DNA of 64,000 bases from an uncultured Actinomycetes bacterium (GCA_963756895.1 CAVWPI010000001.1:50664-114663), one strand, 5' to 3'. Numbered from the stretch's first letter, positions 19,267 to 29,883 are shown. Made by a program: numbers and translations. The notes: generated by a model from the sequence alone, not told the origin.

Positions 19267-20076
19267 TCAGACGGAGCGCGCGAAGCGTCGCTTGGCGGCG
19301 AAGACGATGTCGTACCCGCCGGTGAGGCGGGCGTTCCAGAGCGCGGGGCGGCCCAGCACGTCGATGCTCTGACGGGGGAGGAGGAATGGGTCGTCGGCGC
19401 GGTCCAGGGTGCCCGGGAGGGCGGTGAAGGCGGCGTCGAAACCGGCGCCGCGCACCTGCTCGACGCCCGCCGGCACCAGTTGGGCGAGTCCGCCCCACGG
19501 GTAGGCGAACCAGCGGACGGGCCGGCCGGTCCACTCCTCGAGGCGCTGCCGGTCGCCGTCGACCTCGGACGCGAGGGCGTCGGCCGACAGGTCGAGCGAG
19601 AAGTCGAGGTGGGACGTGGTGTGGCTCCCGATGTCGAAGAGCTCGTGGGCGGCGAGATCGCGGAGCTGGTCGAGGCCGAGCGGCGCGAGGTCGCGCGTCC
19701 GTCGCAGCCGTTCCTGCCGGAACGTGCGCGCCTGGGCCGGTCCGAGCCCGACGTACCCCGACGACACGAAGAAGGTCGCCGGGCACGCGAGGTCCTCGAG
19801 CACTGGCGCCGCGACTTCGTGCCAATCGGCGTAGCCGTCGTCGAACGTCAACGCGAGCTGCTCGCGACCGGGCTCGGTGCGCGGCGCCACCAGGTCGCCG
19901 AGCGGCACGATGTCGTACCGCGTGCGCAGCCAGTCGATGCACGTCCGGAACGCGTCCGCATGCTCGACGTCGTGCAGCATGACGACCTGCCGGGAGCGAC
20001 GGCCCGAGCCCACGAGTCGCTGCCCGAAGGCGGCGGCGACGATGGCGCCGTCGCGCGCGGCGGACTTGACGCTCAT
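19267..20076 (-). CDS. polysaccharide deacetylase (NodB homology, CE4)
   Basis: C-terminal 269 aa of ORF 19267..21888; ATG at 20076 forms an ATGA overlap with the upstream stop. Motifs LTFDDGYADW, ATFFV and IGSHTTSH. Confidence 0.85.
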   Translation of the reverse strand: MSVKSAARDGAIVAAAFGQRLVGSGRRSRQVVMLHDVEHADAFRTCIDWLRTRYDIVPLGDLVAPRTEPGREQLALTFDDGYADWHEVAAPVLEDLACPATFFVSSGYVGLGPAQARTFRQERLRRTRDLAPLGLDQLRDLAAHELFDIGSHTTSHLDFSLDLSADALASEVDGDRQRLEEWTGRPVRWFAYPWGGLAQLVPAGVEQVRGAGFDAAFTALPGTLDRADDPFLLPRQSIDVLGRPALWNARLTGGYDIVFAAKRRFARSV

Positions 20077-21186
20077 GGCCGGGCCTCGTCGTGTGCGATC
20101 GGCGCGATGGCGCTCCCGGTCTTCGACGCGGCGACCTCCGCCAGGATCTTCCCCCAGAACTGGGCGAGGCCGTGCTGGTCGGCGACGATGGCGCGGAGCC
20201 GAACGCCGATGGCCCGCCGGTCGCGCTCGTCGAGATCGAGCACCCGTGTGATGCCACGTGCCTGCGCGTGGACGTCGTCGTGGTCGAGCACGAGCACCTC
20301 GCGCAGGTCGTCGGGGAGCAACTCGGCGAACGCGGCGTTGGTCGAGACGACGGGGAGGCCGCACGCCATCGCCTCTGCGATCGCCTTGTCGAGTCCGCCG
20401 TCGGAGAAGCTCACCGCAGCGCGGTGTCGACCGAGCACGGGTCGAAGCTCGTCCTGCGGCACCGCGCCGACGAAGTGCACGGCGTCCGACAGCTCCAACC
20501 GCGCGACGAGGGCGTCGAGCTCGGCGCGGTAGTGCCGGTCGCCGTCGAGCTCGGGACCGCAGACGTCGAGGGAGCACACGCGTCCCGTCACGTCGCGCAC
20601 GACGCCGCAGCGCGGCGACGAGCCGATCTACCCGCTTCACCGGCGTGACCCGGCCGACCGTGACCAGGTCGGCGGTGGCCGTCATGTCCTCCGCCGGCGG
20701 CCGGAACAGATCCAGGTCGATGCCGTGCCCGACGACTCGCACGTTGGCGAGGTCGAGGGGGAACGAGCTCGGGGTCGCGGTGAACACCAGGTCGTCGCAC
20801 CAGCGCGCGTAGAAGGCCATGCTGCGGCTCACGTGACTGTGCGTCTTCCACTGGTACACGCGTCGGCCGCTCAGGAGCTTCACCGGCAGGAGCAACGCGG
20901 GGTACGGACCGCCCTGGAGCACGAAGAAGAAGTCGGCCTCCCGGCGCCGCAACGCCCGCACCACCTCGGCGTAGAAGTTCCACAGCCGGGTCGCCTTGCC
21001 GATGCCGAGATCCACGACCGTGACGTTCTCGGGCAGCTCGTGGCGCCCGACGCGCAGGGCGAGCACCCGGACGCGCGCCACGCCGGGATCGCCGGCGAGG
21101 GCGCGGATCCACCGTACGAGGGTCGCGCTGACGGGATCGTCGCGGTCGACCGCCTGACAGATGAGCACCGGACTCACGTGCGCCAT
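20073..21186 (-). CDS. GT-B glycosyltransferase, frameshifted
   Basis: N-terminus in the frame of ORF 19267..21888 (MAHVSPVLICQAVDRDDPVSATLVRWIRAL...VGHGIDLDLF...VTPVKRVDRLVAAL). After ~20606 it continues in ORF 20073..20600 (RDVTGRVCSLDVCGPELDGD...GLDKAIAEAMACGLPVVSTN). An alternative GTG start at 21177 gives a GTGA overlap. Confidence 0.65.
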
Positions 21187-22154
21187 GCACCCAGGTCGCG
21201 GTCGAGGAGGTGCTCGAGCCGGTCGATCTCCGGAGCGAGGTCCGTGGTGAGGCGCTGCTTCTGGTCCGGGGTCAACTCGTGGCCGGCGAGCACCGTGGGC
21301 CGTGAGTTGACCCGATGCCCGAGGCGCGGGAGGCCGCTGCGCTTGGCGAGCCACACCACACGGTCGAGCCCGTGGCGCCGCATGCCGTTCACGGTCGAAC
21401 GCACCAGGCGGTCGGCGCTCGCCGAGCGCGGCACCCGCGCCTCGTTCACGCGCTCGTGCAGCATGCGGGGAACGTAGCTCTCGTCGACCTCCAGGAAGCG
21501 GTAGATGTTCGAGATGAACGGGCGCGGTTCCCGGACGAGGTCGTCGTAGAGCGCGACGAACAGCGAGTCGCGCGGGAACCGGTCCAGGTAGCACTGCAGT
21601 TGCGACGCGTAGGCGCCCTGTTGCACGTACTCGGGGTGCGATCCGATCGCCTCCTCGAAGGTCGTCTTCGGTGACAGCGCTCCCGCCTGCAGGTCGTTGA
21701 GGAAGTTCGAGAAGGCGCGTTCGGCCGGGTTCCGCAGGCACGCGAGCAACCGGACGCGCGGATAGTGCTGGTGGATCCGTGCGGGCACGTCCGGATCCGC
21801 CAGGTACGAGGTCGAGAACTCGCCGGCCACGGTGTCGCGGCCGCAACGGGCGAACTGCTCCTCGTACCACCCGACGCCACGCGCCCAATTCCGGTCGCGA
21901 CTGAAGAAGTGCAGCTCCTTGACCGGGATGCAGACCTGCGGGTGGTCGTAGAGGCAGCTGTAGATCCAGGAGGTGCCGGCCTTCTGCGCGCCGAGCCCGA
22001 GGAAATCCGGTGCGCGGGCCCCGCTCACCGCGACCGCCGTTCCGAGGTGCGCATCGTGACGTCCAGCATGGTGACGGGCGCCGACCGCCGGCCCGGACGA
22101 CGCGGAGGAGTCGCCAACGCTACAGGCGCACCCGGATCGAGTGCTCCTGATCAT
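21174..22154 (-). CDS. sulfotransferase (Sulfotransfer_1-like)
   Basis: 5'-PSB loop FLGLGAQKAGTSW and 3'-PB block LLACLRNPAERAFSNF. ATG at 22154 overlaps the upstream gene by 35 nt; GTG at 22028 is an alternative start. Confidence 0.8.
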   Translation of the reverse strand: MIRSTRSGCACSVGDSSASSGPAVGARHHAGRHDAHLGTAVAVSGARAPDFLGLGAQKAGTSWIYSCLYDHPQVCIPVKELHFFSRDRNWARGVGWYEEQFARCGRDTVAGEFSTSYLADPDVPARIHQHYPRVRLLACLRNPAERAFSNFLNDLQAGALSPKTTFEEAIGSHPEYVQQGAYASQLQCYLDRFPRDSLFVALYDDLVREPRPFISNIYRFLEVDESYVPRMLHERVNEARVPRSASADRLVRSTVNGMRRHGLDRVVWLAKRSGLPRLGHRVNSRPTVLAGHELTPDQKQRLTTDLAPEIDRLEHLLDRDLGAWRT

Positions 22155-23818
22155 GGATCGACACCGCGGTGAGAATCAGGTACTCGCCGGGTCGTGCCGG
22201 GATCGTGAGCGAGAAGTCCTGCGTGGCGGAGCTGAAGTTCGTCTGGGGCGTGCCGCCGCGCGGGTTCCACGTGAGCCTGGCTGCGATGCGGGCGCGGCGG
22301 TGCGGGTGCACGTACCCGCGCACGCAGCGGATGCCGTCGCGGTGGAACGCCGAGCCGGTCACGGTGAACGTCCCGTTCGCGTTCCGGACCGGAGCGTCGG
22401 CGTCGATCTTCGGTGCGGTGGTGTCGACGGGTTTCCGTGAGGCCGCTTCGATCATGCCGGGCAGGTGACCGCCCGGTGGGTTCGACGCGTCGGAGACGTA
22501 CCAGTTGTTCGCGTCTGCGTGCGATTCGTCCCTCGTGGTGGCGTCGATCATCGTGTAGTTGTCGGGCGACCCCTCGTAGATGTACTCGCCTCGCCGGGTG
22601 CCCATGCCGAACTGACGCATCGCGAGGATCTGGTTCGTGTAGTCCGGCTCACGGGTCTGGGTGTACCCCGGCTTCTCCAGCAGGTCGTCGCCCGCCCACG
22701 AGAAGAACGTGAAGTCGATCCGGTCGCACACCTTGCTCCACTGCGCGTCGCTGAGTCCTTGGACCTTGAACGCGCCACCCTCGGTCCACGTCTCCTTCGA
22801 GAGCTGCGCGATGGCACCCTGCGTCTCGTACTTGTACGCGGCGCTCTGGACCGCGCCCGCGCTGCGCACGGGCTTGTAGTAGAACGCGTTCAGGTTCACC
22901 ATGCGCGCGGCCTCGCCGCCGTGGTCGGCCATCGCCTTCGCGTACCCGAGCCACCACAGGTGCTTCGGCCCGGCCGCCTCCGACTGGTACCAGAGCGTTG
23001 TCGGATGGCTGTCGTCGTCGGCGTGGTAGCGACGCTGGTCGACGGTCGGATCGAGCCGGTACACCTCTTCGTACGCGAAGCCTCCGGGTGGGATCCAGTT
23101 GTAGATGAGCATGATGCAGTCGGGCATCGCCTCGAAGACCGCGCGACCGGTCTCGTAGCCCCACGACTCGATCCGGGCCATGTTCTCCTCGTCGGAGTGG
23201 TGGTTGTCCGCGTAGTTGAGCCCCCAGAACCCCTGCTCGGTGTCGGCGGAGAGGCCCGTGAGACGGGCGTAGCGGCAGAAGGCGGCGAGCTCGCCCAGCC
23301 GGGTCGCGAACAACGACCGCTCGCTGTCCGACCACCAGTCGAACACCGACTGCTCGTACGGTCGGTTGGCGTTCCTGAACTTGCAACCGACGTAGCCCTC
23401 GCAGCCCGCCCGGGCCGGATGGAACGACAGCTCGATGCGCTTCTGGTTGACGAACGCCGGATCCTTCTCGCGCCGGGCGCTGCTGCCCCGGAACCGCGAC
23501 TGGCCGGCGCCGAAGTCCTGGAGGAAGCTGACCGAGGTCTTGAAGCCGCCGAATCCGCGGTCGGCCCATCGTGCCGCGTCGACCTCGGGCATCGCCGGGT
23601 AGCCGCTGTTGCTGCCCCAGCCGATCATCCGCCACGCACCCTGCCCGTCGGTGACGTCGGGCGGCGGTGACGGGCGCGCCCCCCGCCGCCGCACCGCTCG
23701 GGTCCGCGTCGTAGGCCGAGAGGAGAGCGCTAGCGGCGGTGGTGCCGAGTCCCAGGAGCCCGAGGGTCTTCAGTGCGTCCCGGCGGGTGAGCTCGCTCTC
23801 GCCGAAGGGGAGCGTCAT
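22120..23818 (-). CDS. Tat-signal secreted protein of unknown family with C-terminal Ig-like domain, frameshifted
   Basis: Tat leader MTLPFGESELTRRDALKTLGLLGLGTTAASALLSA lies in the frame of ORF 22649..24337 (ATG 23818). After a C-run near 23665-23685 the protein continues in ORF 22120..23694 (WRMIGWGSNSGYP...). Tail: TTAPKIDADAPVRNANGTFTVTGSAFHRDG...LILTAVSIHDQEHSIRVRL. Confidence 0.6.
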
Positions 23819-24005
23819 CCGTCCCTGACGTCTCCGCACGGCGTCACGCCCGACACCATATAGGGGTGCCCGTCGCCGGGGGCCGCGGCGCGAACCGTGC
23901 AGATCGGTCGCGACCGGACGCAGACGCAACGACTCGGCCCGGTCAGATTGACGCTCGACTGTGGAATGCGTCTCAAGGAGGGACCTCGACCGTCGATACG
24001 ACGGC

Positions 24006-25748
24006 ATGCGCTCATTCCGTGGCCCGCGTCTGGGCCCCTCTCGTCGACCCGCACGACGGGTCCGGCCGAAGGTCTGCATCGGTGTGCTGGCCCTCGTTGC
24101 TGCCGTGGTGTTCGCTGCGTGCGCGCCGCCTCCCACCCCCCAGGCGCCCCAGCCGCCGACCGCCGGTGCCGCCGCGAACCGGATCATCTTCTGGACCAAG
24201 TGCCCGGAGGTGCTGGCGCTGACCGACGCCCAGCTGGACAGCTGGCGCGACCAGGGCGTCGGCGGGTTCGTCTGCAAGCACAACTCTCTGTACGCGTTGG
24301 GTGGGAGCCAGGACTTCACCGGCGATCCGGCGAGCACGCCGGCGACGGCGACCTACAGCCTCCAGCGCCAGATCCGCGATTCGCAGATCGTGAGCCGGGC
24401 CGCGGCGCGCGGCATCAAGCTGTGGTTCGGCATCGGCATGGGCAACTACTACAACTGGAAGACGCCCTGGGCCGAGTGGTACGACGACGCCGCGTGGACG
24501 AACACCGTCCTGCCGAACATGAAGAACCTCGCTGCGGGAGTGAAGGCACTCGGCTTCGCCGGCCTCGCGTTCGACGAAGAGCTGTACGGCACCCAGGCAG
24601 GACCGCCCGGGGACTGGACCTGGAACTACCCGACGAACACCCACTCCGAGGCCGATGTCCGCGCGCAGGTGAAGCTGCGCGGTGCGCAGCTGATGCAGTC
24701 CATCGTCACGGGGTTCCCCGGCGCCGAGGTCCTCGACATCGGCTTTCGCCTGCCCGAAGGCTGGGAGGAGCTCGCCCAGCAGGTCGTGAACGGCATCGGC
24801 GACGCGAACGCGCCCCGGGTCGACATCAACTTCTGGGATGGGATGACCAGCTCGCCCGGATACGGCCAGATTCGCTTCCTCGACAGCTCGTTCAACAAGA
24901 CGCCCCACATGCCGCGCTCGAACTGGGACATCGCGTTGACCTACAACACCAACCGGCTCTACTCGATGTTCAGCCGACGGTTGTCGAACTGGTCGTACGC
25001 CGCGAGCCGGGTGCAGGTCTCGACCTTCGCCTGGATCGCTGACGGAGGGACCACCTTCAACGCCGCCCGGTCGCCGCAGTTCGTCGCCGAACAGCTCGAT
25101 GCGTTCCGACGCTGGGGCACCGGCGACGCGTTCGCGAACTATGCCTCGTCGGGCCTGTACGGCTTCGACTACGCGCCGTACGTGCCCGCGATGCAGGCGG
25201 CCGCCACGCCGGGCGTCGTCGACACGCAACCACCCGCGATCACCGTCGGCGCGAACGGTCGCCTCGCCGCGGACGCTGCGCTCGTCTCGGGGAGCGCCAC
25301 CGACAACATGGGCATCCGCGCCGTGCGCTGGACCACCCCGTCCGGTCGCTCCGGTGCGGCCAAGATGACCTGGACGGTCACTGGCGGCGACTACGCCGTG
25401 GGGTACCAGTGGCGCATGGACTGGTTGGTGGTAGCGACCGGCGCGCTGCCCGGCGAGACGATCACCATCACCACCGAGGACGTTCGCGGCCTGACCACGA
25501 GCACGACCGCGGTGGCGCGCTCAGGAGCAAACCCGCCGGCGCGTCACCGGGTCAACTTGCGTCGCTGCTCGGAGCCCCAGGTGCGTGCGCGCTTCGGCAG
25601 CCCGCCGATGCGTCGCATCCACCGCCCGCGATCGTTCTGTCGCTTCTCGTCCACGATGCGACGGACGTACGCGGACGCGAACTCCGGGGGGACGGTCGGC
25701 GTCGCGGCCAGCTCCCAGTCGTCGGGGAGCCCGGCGAGGCGCACGTAG
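24006..25748 (+). CDS. lipoprotein, distant paralog of 22120..23818 with C-terminal Ig-like domain (3' end uncertain)
   Basis: ORF 23961..25748; ATG at 24006 gives MRSF...VLALVAAVVFAAC with a lipobox. Blocks shared with the neighbour: WRDQGVGGF/WADRGFGGF, LGGSQDFTG/FGAGQSRFRG and FAGLAFDEE/LTGLSADTE. Ig-like tail: TQPPAITVGANGRL...ETITITTEDVRGLTT. The last ~200 nt overlap a convergent gene. Confidence 0.6.
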   Translation: MRSFRGPRLGPSRRPARRVRPKVCIGVLALVAAVVFAACAPPPTPQAPQPPTAGAAANRIIFWTKCPEVLALTDAQLDSWRDQGVGGFVCKHNSLYALGGSQDFTGDPASTPATATYSLQRQIRDSQIVSRAAARGIKLWFGIGMGNYYNWKTPWAEWYDDAAWTNTVLPNMKNLAAGVKALGFAGLAFDEELYGTQAGPPGDWTWNYPTNTHSEADVRAQVKLRGAQLMQSIVTGFPGAEVLDIGFRLPEGWEELAQQVVNGIGDANAPRVDINFWDGMTSSPGYGQIRFLDSSFNKTPHMPRSNWDIALTYNTNRLYSMFSRRLSNWSYAASRVQVSTFAWIADGGTTFNAARSPQFVAEQLDAFRRWGTGDAFANYASSGLYGFDYAPYVPAMQAAATPGVVDTQPPAITVGANGRLAADAALVSGSATDNMGIRAVRWTTPSGRSGAAKMTWTVTGGDYAVGYQWRMDWLVVATGALPGETITITTEDVRGLTTSTTAVARSGANPPARHRVNLRRCSEPQVRARFGSPPMRRIHRPRSFCRFSSTMRRTYADANSGGTVGVAASSQSSGSPARRT

Positions 25749-26524
25749 TCGTCGAGGAGCGGCCGGAAGAAGGCGACGTCCTCGGCGGTGAACCAGTTCT
25801 TCCAGTCGCCGTATCCCCGCGTTCGTGCCACGCGCGTGTGGGAATCGACGCGGCCACTCCCGCTGAGCGGGAACCCCAGGTAGTCCTCGAGGTCCCCGAC
25901 CTCACCGTCCACGAAGCCGGCGTACGAGACTCGGTGGTACTCCGGATAGAGGGTGAGGAATTGTCGCACCAGGTCCTGGCGCTCGAGGAAGCCGGGGAGC
26001 AGCTCGACGCCGTGATCGAGCGTGGCCATCACGTCGAGGAGCCGGAGCATCGACACGTCCGTCGGGTTCCGCTCCTTCTCCTCGAGGAGCGCGAGGAACT
26101 GGTCGAGCCGGCGATCGTCCGGGTAGAAGCTGGTGTGGCGGACGGCGTAGAGCAGCGAGCTCACCAGGTTGTCGCGCGGGTCCCGGAGGATGTGGAGCTT
26201 CCGATCGAACGATGCGAAGCTCTCGTAGTCGACGGTGAAGCCGTCTGCTCCGACCGGGCCACCCCGTGCGTATGCTCGCCCGATGAGGACCTTCGCCACG
26301 ACCCACTGCGGTCTGGTTCCGTCGGGGGGCCGGAGGTACTTCTTCGGCTCGAAGATGCACCACGCGTCGGGCGGCACCGAGCTCTTGATGCGGAAGTACA
26401 GGGCGGTCGTGCCGGTCTTCGGCTGTCCGACGATGACGATTCTCAACGAGCGTCCGCTCCTGCGGGTCGCGCCCGCGCCCTCGGTCACGCAGGGAGAGAG
26501 CCACTGTAGGGCACCCTTCCTCAT
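25544..26524 (-). CDS. sulfotransferase-like P-loop protein
   Basis: ORF 25544..26572; ATG at 26524 preferred. PAPS-loop-like IVIVGQPKTGTTALYF and ILRDPRDNLVSSLLYA (3'-PB-like R-D-P-R-D). Confidence 0.7.
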   Translation of the reverse strand: MRKGALQWLSPCVTEGAGATRRSGRSLRIVIVGQPKTGTTALYFRIKSSVPPDAWCIFEPKKYLRPPDGTRPQWVVAKVLIGRAYARGGPVGADGFTVDYESFASFDRKLHILRDPRDNLVSSLLYAVRHTSFYPDDRRLDQFLALLEEKERNPTDVSMLRLLDVMATLDHGVELLPGFLERQDLVRQFLTLYPEYHRVSYAGFVDGEVGDLEDYLGFPLSGSGRVDSHTRVARTRGYGDWKNWFTAEDVAFFRPLLDDYVRLAGLPDDWELAATPTVPPEFASAYVRRIVDEKRQNDRGRWMRRIGGLPKRARTWGSEQRRKLTR

Positions 26525-26555
26525 CTCCCGGACCTGGCGGGGCAACTGACCCACG

Positions 26556-27656
26556 ATGGCCGCGACCCACATCCGGACCCTCGCGTTCTACCTCCCGCAG
26601 TTCCACCCGATCCCCGAGAACGACGAGTGGTGGGGGGACGGGTTCACCGAGTGGACCAACGTCGTGCGCGCCACGCCCCGGTTCCGGGGTCACGACCAAC
26701 CGCACATGCCCGCCGACCTCGGGTTCTACGACCTGCGGGTGCCGGAGGTGCGCGCGGCGCAGGCCGCGCTCGCGCGCGCGCCTTCGGCATCGATGGCTTC
26801 TGCTACTACCACTACTGGTTCGAGGGACGGCGACTGCTGGAACGGCCGTTCGCCGAGGTGCTCAGCTCGGGTGCGCCCGACTTGCCGTTCTGCCTGTGCT
26901 GGGCCAACGAGAACTGGACCCGAGCCTGGGACGGCAAGGCGCGCGAGATCCAGATGCGCCAGACCTACTCTCCGGCTGACGATGTCGCGCACCTCCGGTG
27001 GCTCGCCGAGGCCTTCGCGGATCCGCGCTACGTCCGGGTCGACGGGAAGCCGCTGTTCCTCGTCTACCGCGCCTCGCACCTGCCGGATCCGCAGGGGACG
27101 ACCGAGCGCTGGCGGGCCGAGGCCCAGCGCCTCGGGCTGGGCGAGCTCTACCTCTGCTCGATGCAGACCGGCCCGACGCGCCCGCCTCGACCCCGGCGGT
27201 CTGGGATTCGACGCCGCGGTGCAGTTCGCGCCGTTCTACAACCTCGTGCGCCGGCGCGGCCGGAGCGTCCCGGCGCGGGTGGCGCACCGTTACCTGCCGG
27301 TCGAGCCGCTCGTGACGCGGCACAAGATCTACGACTACGCCGAGGTGGTGCAGGACCACCTCGCGGTTCCGCCGCCGCCGTACACCCTCTATCCGTGCGT
27401 GACCCCGGGGTTCGACAACTCGCCCCGCCGGCCCGACCACGGCGCGACCATCATCCGCGGGTCGACGCCCGAGCTCTACGAGTCGTGGTTGCGGGCGGTG
27501 GTGGACCGCTTCCGTCCGCGGTCGCCCGACGAGAACCTCCTGTTCGTGAACGCGTGGAACGAGTGGGCGGAGGGGAACCACCTCGAACCGGGCCGGCGGT
27601 GGGGCACGCGGTACCTCGAGGCCCACGCCCGACTGCGCGAGCCCGCAGCCCGATGA
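26556..27656 (+). CDS. WbsX-family glycosyltransferase, copy 1 (two compensating frame breaks)
   Basis: Hallmark [26 protein letters not shown]. The middle part (~26782-27185) reads correctly only in the frame of ORF 26627..28549 ([23 protein letters not shown]...[13 protein letters not shown]...). The 3' part is back in the original frame ([12 protein letters not shown]...[16 protein letters not shown]). Confidence 0.75.
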   Translation: MAATHIRTLAFYLPQFHPIPENDEWWGDGFTEWTNVVRATPRFRGHDQPHMPADLGFYDLRVPEVRAAQAALARAPSASMASATTTTGSRDGDCWNGRSPRCSARVRPTCRSACAGPTRTGPEPGTARRARSRCARPTLRLTMSRTSGGSPRPSRIRATSGSTGSRCSSSTAPRTCRIRRGRPSAGGPRPSASGWASSTSARCRPARRARLDPGGLGFDAAVQFAPFYNLVRRRGRSVPARVAHRYLPVEPLVTRHKIYDYAEVVQDHLAVPPPPYTLYPCVTPGFDNSPRRPDHGATIIRGSTPELYESWLRAVVDRFRPRSPDENLLFVNAWNEWAEGNHLEPGRRWGTRYLEAHARLREPAAR

Positions 27657-28782
27657 CCGGGCAGCTGGTCTCGGGCGCGCCGGCGGCGCGGGCTCGGGTC
27701 GTCGCGCACTACCTGCCGCAGTTCCACCCGATCGCGGAGAACGACGAGTGGTGGGGTGCCGGGCTTCACCGAGTGGACCAACGTCGCCCGGGCGCGACCG
27801 CTCTTCCGCGGCCACGACCAGCCCAAGGTGCCGGGGCAGCTCGGCTTCTACGACCTCCGGCTGGCGGAGACGCGCGAGGCGCAGGCGGCGCTGGCCGCGC
27901 GTCACGGGATCGAGGCCTTCTGCTACTGGCACTACTGGTTCGCGGGGCGACGACTCCTCGAGCGGCCGTTCCGGGAGGTGTTGGAGAGCGGCGAGCCGCG
28001 CTTCGGGTTCTGCCTCGGCTGGGCCAACCAGCACTGGACGACGATCTGGACCGGTGGCCGCGGCGTCCTGGTCGAGCAGACCTACCCCGGCGCCGACGAC
28101 TACGAGCGCCACTTCCGCGAGCTGCTCCCCGCGTTCCGGGACGAGCGATACGTCCGAGTCGACGGTCGGCCGCTGTTCCACGTCTACCGGCCGGGCGACC
28201 TCCCCGACGCGGCGCATTTCGCCGACCAGTGGCGGTCGCTCGCCGAGCGCGAAGGGCTGCCCGGTCTGTACCTCGTCGGCGAGGCGAAGAACGGCTGGCG
28301 GGCGGCCGCGGACGGCTTCGACGCCGAGGTGCACCCGCGCCTGTACGACGTCCACCCCGGACCGCTGGTGCCGGGGCCGCTCGGACCCCGGCTCGACCGC
28401 GTGCTGCGCCGGCGCCCGAAGATGTACCCGTACGCAACCTTCGCACGCATGCCGCGCCCGCCGAGCCGGCTGCCGCACCCGGAGCTGCCGATGGTCGTCT
28501 CGAACTGGGACAGCACGCCGCGCTTCGGCGCGCCACGGCTTCGTGTTGACGGGATCCACCCCCGAGCTGTTCGAGGAAGCGATGCACCTCGCCATCGAGA
28601 GCACCCAGTCGTTGCCTCCGGAGCAGCGCCTAGTGTTCCTCAAGTCCTGGAACGAGTGGGCGGAAGGCAACTACGTGGAACCCGACCGCCGTCACGGCGA
28701 CGCGTACCTCCGGGCGGTGGCGGCAGCCGTGTACGGCCCGGGTGCCCCGGCGGCGACCGCGGTGCGGGCCACGAACGCCTGA
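27653..28782 (+). CDS. WbsX-family glycosyltransferase, copy 2 (two frame breaks)
   Basis: ATG at 27653 forms an ATGA overlap with the copy 1 stop. [19 protein letters not shown] is followed by a 1-nt shift near 27760 into ORF 27756..28799 ([20 protein letters not shown]...[18 protein letters not shown]). A second shift near 28528 leads into ORF 27748..28782 ([16 protein letters not shown]...[16 protein letters not shown]). Confidence 0.75.
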
Positions 28783-28795
28783 CCGCCGAGCCTCG

Positions 28796-29860
28796 GTGAT
28801 CTACTTCGTCGCCCCCGACCTGGAGCGCCCGAGCGGCGGGGTGCGGACCATCTACCGCTCGGTCGACCTCCTCAACGACGCCGGGCTCCGCGCTGCGGTC
28901 GTGCACACCCGCAAGGGCTTCCGGTGCAGCTGGTTCGAGAACACGACCCCGGTCGTGCACGCGCCCCTCCCGGTGGGTGCACGTGACGTCCTCGTCCCAC
29001 CCGCGTACCTGTACCTGCGGGCGGCCGGCCTTGCGCCCGGAGTGCGCAAGGTCGTGTTCCAACAGAACGCGTACCGCACCTTCCGGTACCTCCGGACCGC
29101 GCCGGCGTCGCGCGCCGCGGAACTGGGCGACGCCTCCGACCTCGTCGCCATGCTCGTCGTCTCCGAAGACAACGAGCGGTACCTCGAGCGGGCGCTGCCC
29201 GGTGTCCGGGTGGCACGCGTGCACCAGTGGATCGATCCGGCGGTGTTCCACCTCGACCTGCCGGCGCGAAGGCGCACGGTGACGGTCATGCCGAGGAAGC
29301 GGCGCGACGAGTACGAGCAGCTCGTCGGCATCCTGAACGCACGGGGGGCGCTCGACGGGTGGCGGCTCGACCCGCTCGAAGGACGCTCCGAGGCCGAGGT
29401 CGCGGCCCACCTGCGGAGGTCCGTCCTGTTCGTCAGCCTGTCCCGGGCGGAGGGGTTCGGGTTGCCCCCCGCCGAGGCGATCGCGAGTGGCAACCACGCC
29501 ATCGGGTTCCACGGGATGGGCGGCCGCGAGATCTTCCGGCCTCCGTTCGCGCAGGCGATCGAGGACGGCGACGTGCTCGCGCTGGCGTCGGCGGCGGAGG
29601 AGTTCCTCACCGGGTACGACGCCCGGGTCACGGAGCTGGAGCAGCAGGCGGTGGAGGGTGCCCGGTTCATCGCATCGACCTATTCGCGTGAAGTCGCGAC
29701 CGAGGATCTCGTCCGCGTGTTCGAACCGCTCGAGCAGTCGAGGGGTGCCGACGTGGAGCTCGTGCTCAGTCGGCGCGACCTCTCGCACGATCGCTTCGGC
29801 GCCGTGGTGCAGGCGCGGGTCCGGCAGGTCGGCCGCCGGCTCAAGTCCGTGCGGTCCTAG
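28796..29860 (+). CDS. glycosyltransferase (GT-B, GT4-like)
   Basis: ORF 28742..29860. GTG at 28796 follows the upstream stop (28782) and gives VIYFVAPDLERPSGGVRTIY. C-terminal block VSLSRAEGFGLPPAEAIASGNHAIGFHGMGGREI. Confidence 0.7.
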   Translation: MIYFVAPDLERPSGGVRTIYRSVDLLNDAGLRAAVVHTRKGFRCSWFENTTPVVHAPLPVGARDVLVPPAYLYLRAAGLAPGVRKVVFQQNAYRTFRYLRTAPASRAAELGDASDLVAMLVVSEDNERYLERALPGVRVARVHQWIDPAVFHLDLPARRRTVTVMPRKRRDEYEQLVGILNARGALDGWRLDPLEGRSEAEVAAHLRRSVLFVSLSRAEGFGLPPAEAIASGNHAIGFHGMGGREIFRPPFAQAIEDGDVLALASAAEEFLTGYDARVTELEQQAVEGARFIASTYSREVATEDLVRVFEPLEQSRGADVELVLSRRDLSHDRFGAVVQARVRQVGRRLKSVRS

Positions 29861-29883
29861 CGGTCCGGCGGGGAGCGGAGCCG

